Shown one piece after another: positions 48,164 through 56,225 of a DNA stretch of 64,000 nucleotides (the first letter of the stretch is position 1; each line of letters begins with the position of its first letter). Source of the stretch: an uncultured Clostridia bacterium (GTDB lineage Bacteria; Bacillota; Clostridia; TANB77; CAG-508); contig CAJUSU010000003.1 of NCBI GenBank assembly GCA_910589185.1, forward strand, positions 8,847-72,846. The letters are read 5' to 3'. A program made the position numbers and the translations under genes. The notes under the pieces are model-generated. The model made no database searches. It had not been told where the DNA came from and saw only the letters and a list, made by a program, of their open reading frames with translations.

Positions 48164-49672
48164 TTATATCATTGTTTTTAATTTTTTTCTATCAATCTTA
48201 CCATTTGCATTATACGGCATTCTATCTAAACAATGTATTTCATTCGGACACATATATTTTGGTAATCGCTTTCCTGCTTGTTCTAATAAGTCCTTTTCTT
48301 CTAATTTATCCCCTTGATAAAATAAAACAATTTTATCTGTTTTTTCATCATATACACTAGCACAAGCTATGATATTGTCAATAGCATTGATAGCTGTTTC
48401 TATTTCACCAAGTTCAATACGATATCCCATATGCTTAATTTGAAAGTCTTTTCTAGAGAGATAAATCAGTTCTCCTCTTCCATTTTCTTTAACGATATCT
48501 CCTGTTCTATAAATAATCTCTGGATAACTTTGATTTAAAGGGTTTTGTACAAACACTTTCTGCGTTTGTACAGGGTTATTATAATACCCCTGTGCCAAGA
48601 AACTTCCCCTAACGCAAAGTTCACCTTCTTCTCCGTTTTTCGCTTCAGTTCCATCTTCTTTCACAATCATTACATTGCAATTATCACAGTGCTTTCCGAT
48701 GGGAATACTTTCTGTATTTGCAAATTTTCTATCCACAATATAATAAGTGCAAATATCTGTAGTTTCAGTTGGTCCAAACAAATTGGCAAATAATGCTTTT
48801 GGAAAGTGTTCTATCCACATATTAAGTTGCTTTGTTGGCATTACTTCTCCTGCAAATAATATTTTTTCTAAATATGGTAATTTAACTTCTTCTAAAGCTT
48901 TTAAATTTGCTACAATACATAGTGCTGACGGAACCCAATAAATTGTGTTTACTTTCTTTTCGTCTAAATATTGTAACAATTTTACAGGAAATGAAAAATA
49001 CATTTTAGGGATAATATAAAAAGTAGCACCAGATAAAATTGTGGTAAAAATGTCTGTAATTGACATGCTAAAATAAAATGGAGTTTGGCTTCCCCAAATA
49101 GTGTTTTCATTAATATCAAAAGTTTCTTTAGCCCAGTGAGCATAAGCTATTACTGCTTTATGGCTAATCACCGTTCCTTTCGGAACACCTGTTGAACCCG
49201 ACGTAAATAAAATATACATTGTATCTGTGTCTATCATTTTGCTTCTAATTTTTTCTAATCTTTCTTGTTGTATCTCTATTTCTATCATTTGTTCATATGT
49301 ATATATTCTTTGATTTTCTGTTGCAATTTCTTTCGCTTTTGTTTCATTCTTTTGGTCTGTTATAATTGCAACTGGATTTAAGGTATCTAGAATTGAAGCT
49401 AACCTTTCATTGGGCGATTTCACATCTAAAATCGTATAGAAATTTCCACTATATAGCACTCCCATCATAGCTTCTAAGCAAGCTACACTTTTATCTAGTA
49501 AAATAGCAATTGGCTGATTCATTTTCTCTATATTACTTAAGTTACTTCCTATTTTTTGGCTATTCTTTAAAAAATCAGAATAAGTAACCTCTCTATTTAC
49601 ATCTGCAAAAGCAGTCTTATTAGCATACTTTTTTGCTGTTTGTTCTAAATACTGTAAAATATTCTTTTTCAT
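48164..49672 (-). CDS. dltA: D-alanine--carrier protein ligase-like adenylating enzyme
   Basis: 502 aa with motifs FTSGSTGVPKG, GPTETT, YRTGD and GKIDRKKL; length and context match DltA. Confidence 0.8.
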   Translation of the reverse strand: MKKNILQYLEQTAKKYANKTAFADVNREVTYSDFLKNSQKIGSNLSNIEKMNQPIAILLDKSVACLEAMMGVLYSGNFYTILDVKSPNERLASILDTLNPVAIITDQKNETKAKEIATENQRIYTYEQMIEIEIQQERLEKIRSKMIDTDTMYILFTSGSTGVPKGTVISHKAVIAYAHWAKETFDINENTIWGSQTPFYFSMSITDIFTTILSGATFYIIPKMYFSFPVKLLQYLDEKKVNTIYWVPSALCIVANLKALEEVKLPYLEKILFAGEVMPTKQLNMWIEHFPKALFANLFGPTETTDICTYYIVDRKFANTESIPIGKHCDNCNVMIVKEDGTEAKNGEEGELCVRGSFLAQGYYNNPVQTQKVFVQNPLNQSYPEIIYRTGDIVKENGRGELIYLSRKDFQIKHMGYRIELGEIETAINAIDNIIACASVYDEKTDKIVLFYQGDKLEEKDLLEQAGKRLPKYMCPNEIHCLDRMPYNANGKIDRKKLKTMI

Positions 49673-49684
49673 TTTTTCTCTCCA

Positions 49685-50617
49685 TTATTTGCCTTTTTGT
49701 AGCTTTGCCACAAAAAATCCCTCCATATTTTTAGAAGGCAATATTTTAATAGCTTTTTGGGTATTCAATGTTTGCCCTTTTTCTACTTCTCTTAATTCGA
49801 TACTAATATCTAATAATTTTAAGTCAAACTGTTCTAAAGCCCATTCTAAAATCTGTTCATTTTCTGCTAAGTTTAATGTACAGGTAGAGTATACCATTAT
49901 TCCATTTGGTTTTAAAGCTTCATAAGAATTTCTTAATAATTTTCTTTGGATTTTTACTAGTTCTGCCACCTTTTTTTCTGACCAATTACGATATGTTTTG
50001 GCATCTGATGCTATGAAACGTCCTTCGCCACTGCAAGGAGTATCTAATAATACTTTATCAAAAGTTTCTGGATATTTTGCTCCTATTCTTTCTCCATAAT
50101 CATTGTTGACTGTTACTATACTTGCTCCTTGCGCTGTTACATTATATTGTAGTCTTTCACAGCGAATTTTATCTAATTCATTTGCTAAAATTTCACCTTT
50201 GTTTTGCATTATCGCTGCCATCTGCGTTGTTTTGCTTCCAGGTGCAGCCGTTAAGTCTAACACCCTTTCTCCCGATTTTGGACTTAATACTAGTGGTGGC
50301 ACCATGCTAGATAAACTTTGTAAATAGATATATCCTTTTTCAAAAAGGTCTAATTTTTGAATTTCTTTTTCTGTTACATTTTTAATGATTAAGGCATCTT
50401 GATACCAAGGCACCCTCTCAAATTTAATGTTCTTTTCTTTAAAATCTCTCATTAAACTTTGAATATCATATTTTAAAGTATTTACTCTTAAGGTAGTATA
50501 TCTTTCTCCTGCCATTCCTGCTAAAATTTTATCCACTGTTAAAGGAGAAAACAGCTCATATAGATTTTCTATAAAAACTTGTGGCAATTTTCGTTTTACT
50601 TCTAATACAGATAACAT
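49685..50617 (-). CDS. RsmB/NOP2/Sun-family RNA m5C methyltransferase
   Basis: SAM motif DLTAAPGSKTT and catalytic Cys motifs LLDTPCSGEG and YSTCT. Confidence 0.85.
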   Translation of the reverse strand: MLSVLEVKRKLPQVFIENLYELFSPLTVDKILAGMAGERYTTLRVNTLKYDIQSLMRDFKEKNIKFERVPWYQDALIIKNVTEKEIQKLDLFEKGYIYLQSLSSMVPPLVLSPKSGERVLDLTAAPGSKTTQMAAIMQNKGEILANELDKIRCERLQYNVTAQGASIVTVNNDYGERIGAKYPETFDKVLLDTPCSGEGRFIASDAKTYRNWSEKKVAELVKIQRKLLRNSYEALKPNGIMVYSTCTLNLAENEQILEWALEQFDLKLLDISIELREVEKGQTLNTQKAIKILPSKNMEGFFVAKLQKGK

Positions 50618-50670
50618 CTTTTTCTCCCTCTATCCTTATAGTGTCATTTTTTCTAAAAAGGTTTCATATT

Positions 50671-51213
50671 TTACTCGCTTTTTTGTTTTTCTTTTAACAA
50701 ATCTCTAATTTCCTCTAGAAGAACAATATCTTCACTCTTCTTAGGTGGTTCTTCTACTTTTTCTTTTTTCTCTTCATGTTTCAGTTTTTCAAACAATCGA
50801 ACCATTGTAAAAATGCAAATAGCAATAATTAGGAAATCTATAATTGTCTGAATAAAGGATCCATAAGCCACTTTAGAGTTTCCTATTTCCAATGTTAAAT
50901 TTGAAAAATCTAATCCACCAATGATAATACCAATTAATGGTGTGATAATATCATTTACTAAACTAGTTACAATCTTTCCAAAAGCTCCTCCGACAATAAC
51001 ACCAACTGCCATGTCAACTACATTTCCTCTAGAAATGAACCTTTTAAATTCGCTTGCTTCTTTTTTCATTTTTTTTAAGTTTTTTTCTGCTAATTGTTCT
51101 AGTTCTTTTTTCCTTGTTTCTGTTTGTTCTTCTTTCTCTCTATCACTATTTCTTTCAGTTTCTTTTTGTTCTATTTCCTCTATTGTCTTCTCTCTTATTT
51201 CATTTTCTTCCAT
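50671..51213 (-). CDS. mscL: Large-conductance mechanosensitive channel with charged N- and C-terminal extensions
   Basis: The core [41 protein letters not shown] is the canonical MscL TM1 region. An AAGGAG RBS supports the long start. Confidence 0.88.
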   Translation of the reverse strand: MEENEIREKTIEEIEQKETERNSDREKEEQTETRKKELEQLAEKNLKKMKKEASEFKRFISRGNVVDMAVGVIVGGAFGKIVTSLVNDIITPLIGIIIGGLDFSNLTLEIGNSKVAYGSFIQTIIDFLIIAICIFTMVRLFEKLKHEEKKEKVEEPPKKSEDIVLLEEIRDLLKEKQKSE

Positions 51214-51216
51214 CTT

Positions 51217-51780
51217 TTACTCCTTGCAATACTCATTTATTTTATCTTCATCTTCCCTCATTGCTAAAATTGTTTTTTCAAATAAAGTATCTAATTCCCA
51301 ACCTAACATTTCAGCTCCTTGCTTAATCACATCTCTTGAACAACCTGCTGCAAATTTTTTATCTTTAAACTTCTTTTTAAGACTTGATACCTCCATATCC
51401 TTAGTGCTTTTAGAAGGTCTCATTTTAGTAGCAGCCCAAATTAAACCTGTTAATTCATCTGTCGCAAACAAAATCTTTTCCATAATATGCTCTGGTTTCA
51501 CATCAGAACATAGACCATACCCATGGCTACAAATAGAGTGTATAATATTATCTTCTACACCATTTTCTTTTAACAATTCTACACATTTTATGCAATGTTC
51601 TTCTGGGTACATTTCAAAGTCTACATCATGAAGCAATCCTACTATTCCCCAGTATTCTACATCTTCATTCATTTCTTTTGCAAAATATTTCATAACACCT
51701 TCTACTGTTAAGGCATGTCTAATATGAAATTCCTCTTGATTATATTTTTTTAAAATCTCAAAAGCTTTTTCTCTATTCAT
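51217..51780 (-). CDS. HD-domain metal-dependent phosphohydrolase
   Basis: HD motif context RHALTVEG...GLLHDVD. Confidence 0.75.
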   Translation of the reverse strand: MNREKAFEILKKYNQEEFHIRHALTVEGVMKYFAKEMNEDVEYWGIVGLLHDVDFEMYPEEHCIKCVELLKENGVEDNIIHSICSHGYGLCSDVKPEHIMEKILFATDELTGLIWAATKMRPSKSTKDMEVSSLKKKFKDKKFAAGCSRDVIKQGAEMLGWELDTLFEKTILAMREDEDKINEYCKE

Positions 51781-52195
51781 TTTCGTTTCCTCCTACTTTT
51801 TTAAATTCTTCTACTTGGCGAACCATATGTCCAATATTACCTTCTCCTGCAAATTTGTTATAGTCAAAGAAATTTTCTTGTTTATCCATCCATTGCAAAT
51901 GATTGACTTCTTCTACCAAAGCTACATCTTTATTCAATTTTCCATAAAAAACTTCTAATTCATAATCTTCAAACGGATATTGGAAATTCATTAAGTGTGA
52001 AAGTGAAATGTCTTGGTTCGTAATTCCTGTTTCTTCTTGTAATTCTCTATATGCTGCATGCAATTCTTCTTCATTTTGTTCTACTTTTCCACCAACTAGG
52101 TTAAACTTCCCTTTAAAAGGCTCTTTTGCTCTTTGACACATCAATATCTTGTCCTCGTTTTGATTGTACACTAATATTAGATTTAATTTTTTCAT
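51773..52195 (-). CDS. NUDIX (MutT-like) hydrolase
   Basis: Nudix box GGKVEQNEEELHAAYRELQEETGI. Confidence 0.85.
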   Translation of the reverse strand: MKKLNLILVYNQNEDKILMCQRAKEPFKGKFNLVGGKVEQNEEELHAAYRELQEETGITNQDISLSHLMNFQYPFEDYELEVFYGKLNKDVALVEEVNHLQWMDKQENFFDYNKFAGEGNIGHMVRQVEEFKKVGGNENE

Positions 52196-52345
52196 AGCTT
52201 ACACTCCAATAATTCAAATTAATAATTGCATTATATCACAACCTTTATAAAATTGTCTATTCTTACTATTTATTACACAAATCACTTCTGTTTTGTAAAA
52301 ATTAATGATATAATAAAACAAAATATTAAAAGGAGAAATAAATTT

Positions 52346-53062
52346 ATGAATAAATCACACAAAACATTGTTCATTTTCTTAATAGTACTACTTTTATCTT
52401 ATAACTTATCTGAGTCTTTTCTTACTATTTATTGCCATACTTTTTGCAAAGAGACAATAGAAATTATTGTAATAAGAGCCATTCCATTATTAATACTACT
52501 ACTATGTTACCTTACTAATATTCGTTTTTCTAGTAAATTATCTATCAATTATTTATATTTATTCATTAGTATTGTAAGTTTCCTCATTGCAAAAATGCAT
52601 ATACTTTTCTATCTTTATCTATTAATAGACCCTGTTGACAATCTTTTTCTATTGATCATGAATATTATCTCAGCAATTTTTATGGTATTAACATTTTTTA
52701 AAAACTTTAAAAGGAAAGAAGGTAGCATTGTTTTTCTATTTTTAATAGTACCTATATTTCTAATTTTGCAACTAATATTTGAAATGAAAACTTTTGGTAT
52801 ATCTCCTTCTTATTCTTATACTAACCCTAATAGATATGAATTCGTAAAATACCACTATTTTTCCGCAAAAGAATTTTCTTATTTACCAGATAGAATACCA
52901 GAGGATGCTACTAATATTATTTTTCATTATAATTCCTATTCTTTATTTTCTCAAGATGAAGATTTATATTTAGAATATGATTCCCCTTCTATTCCAAATA
53001 GTGAACACCATATTAAATATGAAATCACAATTCCTTCTAAAGAAAACAGTGAAGTAGAGTAA
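52346..53062 (+). CDS. Hypothetical polytopic membrane protein
   Basis: Start at ATG 52346 with an AAAGGAG RBS, preceded by an extended -10 TGATATAAT. It has about 5 hydrophobic segments and no recognised motif. Confidence 0.55.
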   Translation: MNKSHKTLFIFLIVLLLSYNLSESFLTIYCHTFCKETIEIIVIRAIPLLILLLCYLTNIRFSSKLSINYLYLFISIVSFLIAKMHILFYLYLLIDPVDNLFLLIMNIISAIFMVLTFFKNFKRKEGSIVFLFLIVPIFLILQLIFEMKTFGISPSYSYTNPNRYEFVKYHYFSAKEFSYLPDRIPEDATNIIFHYNSYSLFSQDEDLYLEYDSPSIPNSEHHIKYEITIPSKENSEVE

Positions 53063-53088
53063 TCTAATTTACTCCACTTCATTTTTTC
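53051..53088 (+). terminator. Terminator hairpin overlapping the convergent gene ends
   Basis: GAAGTAGAGTAA-N6-TTACTCCACTTC (one mismatch), followed by ATTTTTTC. Confidence 0.55.
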
Positions 53089-53867
53089 TAATCGATATAT
53101 TCAATTTTAGCTTCCTCTTTTAAGTACTCTTTATATTCATCTACTAATTCAAATAATAAGCTAATATTTTGAGATTCAGTCTTGTTTTCTCTATATTGTT
53201 TACACTTTTTATTAAATGCCTCATTCTTTGTATTTAATTCACCTTTTCTTATAGCTTCATTAATATGAAGTGTCCATTTAGTTCCTATTTCTAGTCTTTT
53301 AATTTTAGCTATATGAAATTTCAAAAATTCGTCATAATCCATTTGAAATGTATTCAAAGTACTATCCATCCCATCTTTGTCTTTAGCAAATTGTTTTTTT
53401 GTTCTTTCTTCAATCATTTTATTTTCTTCTTCTGTTAAAAATATGTTTCTCTGTTTTGCATCTTGCACAACAACATACTCCTTAATTGCCTCATTTGTAG
53501 CATCCTTTTTTTCTTGCTGTTCATTAAGTACTGTATTGTTAATTTGAAAATCTATATAAGCTATTTCCCTTTCAGTAATTTTTTCTCCATTGACAATCAC
53601 TTTACACTTATCTGTTTTTCCATCCATTATTGTCCCCAATTCATTCGTTGCTGTATTTCTTTGTTCATTTGAAAAAAAATTACTGCTTTGTTGACTATCA
53701 AATCTGTTTTCTAAATTCAAATTTTCTTGTTCATCAACTATATTATTACTCATATTATATGTTTTCTCTTTACTTCTTGATATTGTTTTACATATTAATA
53801 TTATAAGCGCTGTCATTACTATTACTAATAAAATAATTATCCCTATATATCTTTTATCTTTTATCAT
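53088..53867 (-). CDS. Membrane-anchored hypothetical protein, SurA-N/PrsA-like chaperone domain possible
   Basis: N-terminal TM segment. The segment VNGEKITEREIAYIDFQ resembles SurA N-terminal-type chaperones (weak). Confidence 0.4.
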   Translation of the reverse strand: MIKDKRYIGIIILLVIVMTALIILICKTISRSKEKTYNMSNNIVDEQENLNLENRFDSQQSSNFFSNEQRNTATNELGTIMDGKTDKCKVIVNGEKITEREIAYIDFQINNTVLNEQQEKKDATNEAIKEYVVVQDAKQRNIFLTEEENKMIEERTKKQFAKDKDGMDSTLNTFQMDYDEFLKFHIAKIKRLEIGTKWTLHINEAIRKGELNTKNEAFNKKCKQYRENKTESQNISLLFELVDEYKEYLKEEAKIEYID

Positions 53868-53890
53868 CTTCTATCCTCCTTTAATATTAT

Positions 53891-56065
53891 CTATATATTT
53901 TCTATTTCGTATTTTCCCGTTACTTTCATATCATTTTTGTTCCAAATCACCTTGCATTTAATCCAACCATAATTAGTATAATTTCTTGCAAATCCTGCAT
54001 TATGCATTACATACAAATATTCTGGAAGTATGTCAGCAATATTTCCTAGTACATTTCCTTGAAATAATGTTGAATAATCTTTGTCCGTTTGAGGATCCCA
54101 ATCATAATAATCATCTATTTCATACCTTACCTTCATTTGGTAATCATCTTTAATTCTTGTAACAATATATTCCATCTTTATCCTATATAGATGTAATGTC
54201 AAAAACCAATCTTTGCTTGTTTCTTCAGTAGCTTCTCCTGAATCTTCTATCACATTACAAAAAGTTATTGGTGTATTTTCTACAATATTCAGTTCTTCGG
54301 ATACTTTTATAGCATTCTTAATATTTTCGTTCAGCTTTTTTTCCATAGATTTGCTTTCCCCCATAGCATTTATTAATATGATATTTCGCCTTGTATGTCC
54401 TTCTTTATAAATACCACCTTCATCTTTAACACTAAGACTAGTTTTTCCACTCTCTTTTTGCGTTAAAAAATATTCTAATGCAGAACCAGCATTTGGATAT
54501 ATCGCTTGCAATCCTCTTGCTCCCTCTAGGATAATAGCCTTTTGACTTAATAATGTTGGATATAATATCGCAATATCACCTGGTTTCATACTATTATACA
54601 TTTCCTCTGCTCTTTTTATATTTTCATAATTACTTTGTGTCGTAGCTATATCATTCCAACCAATATCCGTTTTATAACATATCCCTTTATTGTCATAAAT
54701 ACATTGCCCAAGTATTTTGTTCTTTCCACAATAAATTTCTTGATTTGTTGTTATACAATTATTTTGGAATTTATCTTTTTTTATTAATATTGTATTTCCA
54801 AGTACAACATTCTTTTGCATTTCTATTTTTCCATTAGATTTTATTGTTACCATTAAAACATTACTTGGATTATTTAGGCGATAATCTTCTCCACTTTCTG
54901 CAACATTAAATTTAGTTACACTATAGCAAATTCTCATATTATAATTGTTATCTACAGTAGCAATATAATATAAGTAATCCTTCATATTTATTCCATAGCT
55001 CAAAGTTGGAAAGTATACATTATACATTTTAGTTGATATTCCATAAATACTATGCTTAAATGTTATATTTTCATATTCTTCTTTTGTTACTATTTCTAAA
55101 TTGTCAGAAAAAACATAACCCTCTTTTCCATTACATAATACTATTTTATCCCATACATGTCCATTTTTCTCATTTATTTTGTGATTTGTTCTCTTTACAA
55201 TATCCTTTTCTTCTAAGGCCATCATTTCATTGTAATTAAGAGCTGGTTTCTCGTATACTATTGTTTTTTTATTTACCTTTACTATTTCATTGCAATTTTT
55301 CCCATCCTCATTATTTGCATCATACTCATAGCCACAATTCTTACTAAAAATCTTTTCTTTTGTATTTCCTAATAAGATATCTTGATTTGCAAATTTACAT
55401 GTAATTACCGAACTATTTTCCTTTATCATTACTGTCTGTATATCTCTATCTAAAACAAGCTTGCCATTCATCGACACTTTTCCATTTTTCCACACTACAA
55501 CCACAAATATTGCTTTTGGATTACAAACTCTATAATTACCATTTGATTCGTTGCATTTAAACCTTTCTGTACCATAATAAATCGTCATATATGATTTTTC
55601 GTTACTCTCTCCTATCACATAATATGGATAGTCTTCGATATTTATATTATAGACCTTAGTTGGAAGATATATATCATATGTTACTCCTTCATATTCAAAT
55701 GTATTTTTTGAGTATTCTCCCTCTACAGTCATCTCTAAATTATCTGAAAATACATATCCTTCTTTACCATTACTTAATATTACTTTATCCCAAGTATGAC
55801 CATCTGCTTCTCCTACTCCACTTTCAACCCTTTTTATCACACTGTTTTGTTCTAAGGTTGTTATCTTATTATAACTAGTTCCTATTCCCTCATATACATC
55901 TACCGTTTCTCCTACTTGCATAATTTCTTCTTCGTTTACCTGGTTCGTATCATATTCTCCACCTTTAGATTTGCTAGTTCCTATACAGAAATATAACAAA
56001 CCCATAAATAAAGTCACTACTACAACAAGTAAAAAATACTTTTTAGCACAACATTTCCCCTTCAA
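53891..56065 (-). CDS. Secreted/anchored protein with two SH3b-containing ~190-aa repeat modules and an uncharacterised ~260-aa C-terminal domain
   Basis: TTG start with an AAGGAGG RBS and an N-terminal hydrophobic anchor. The duplicated segments are DGHTWDKVILSNGKEGYVFSDNLE and NGHVWDKIVLCNGKEGYVFSDNLE, each followed by a related domain. Confidence 0.65.
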   Translation of the reverse strand: MKGKCCAKKYFLLVVVVTLFMGLLYFCIGTSKSKGGEYDTNQVNEEEIMQVGETVDVYEGIGTSYNKITTLEQNSVIKRVESGVGEADGHTWDKVILSNGKEGYVFSDNLEMTVEGEYSKNTFEYEGVTYDIYLPTKVYNINIEDYPYYVIGESNEKSYMTIYYGTERFKCNESNGNYRVCNPKAIFVVVVWKNGKVSMNGKLVLDRDIQTVMIKENSSVITCKFANQDILLGNTKEKIFSKNCGYEYDANNEDGKNCNEIVKVNKKTIVYEKPALNYNEMMALEEKDIVKRTNHKINEKNGHVWDKIVLCNGKEGYVFSDNLEIVTKEEYENITFKHSIYGISTKMYNVYFPTLSYGINMKDYLYYIATVDNNYNMRICYSVTKFNVAESGEDYRLNNPSNVLMVTIKSNGKIEMQKNVVLGNTILIKKDKFQNNCITTNQEIYCGKNKILGQCIYDNKGICYKTDIGWNDIATTQSNYENIKRAEEMYNSMKPGDIAILYPTLLSQKAIILEGARGLQAIYPNAGSALEYFLTQKESGKTSLSVKDEGGIYKEGHTRRNIILINAMGESKSMEKKLNENIKNAIKVSEELNIVENTPITFCNVIEDSGEATEETSKDWFLTLHLYRIKMEYIVTRIKDDYQMKVRYEIDDYYDWDPQTDKDYSTLFQGNVLGNIADILPEYLYVMHNAGFARNYTNYGWIKCKVIWNKNDMKVTGKYEIENI

Positions 56066-56177
56066 TTTTAATTCCTCCTTTGTCTTTTTATTAATCTTAT
56101 GTATATTATTTTATTGTATAGGCATATTTTATCATAGTGTATAAATAAAGTATATACCTTTTACCATTTTGTTGTAT

Positions 56178-56216
56178 ATAAAAAATGAAAGTAAACTTAA
56201 AAGTTTACTTTCATTT
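56178..56216. terminator. Bidirectional terminator (14-nt perfect inverted repeat)
   Basis: ATGAAAGTAAACTT-AA-AAGTTTACTTTCAT, flanked by an A-run and a T-run. Confidence 0.75.
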
Positions 56217-56225
56217 TACTAGTCA

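Noticed and set aside
50921-51631. A 236-aa plus-strand ORF, with a nested 90-aa ORF at 51054-51326.
   Set aside because: It is S/F/L-rich low-complexity sequence antisense to mscL and the HD-domain gene, with no RBS. It is a shadow of A/G-rich coding sequence.
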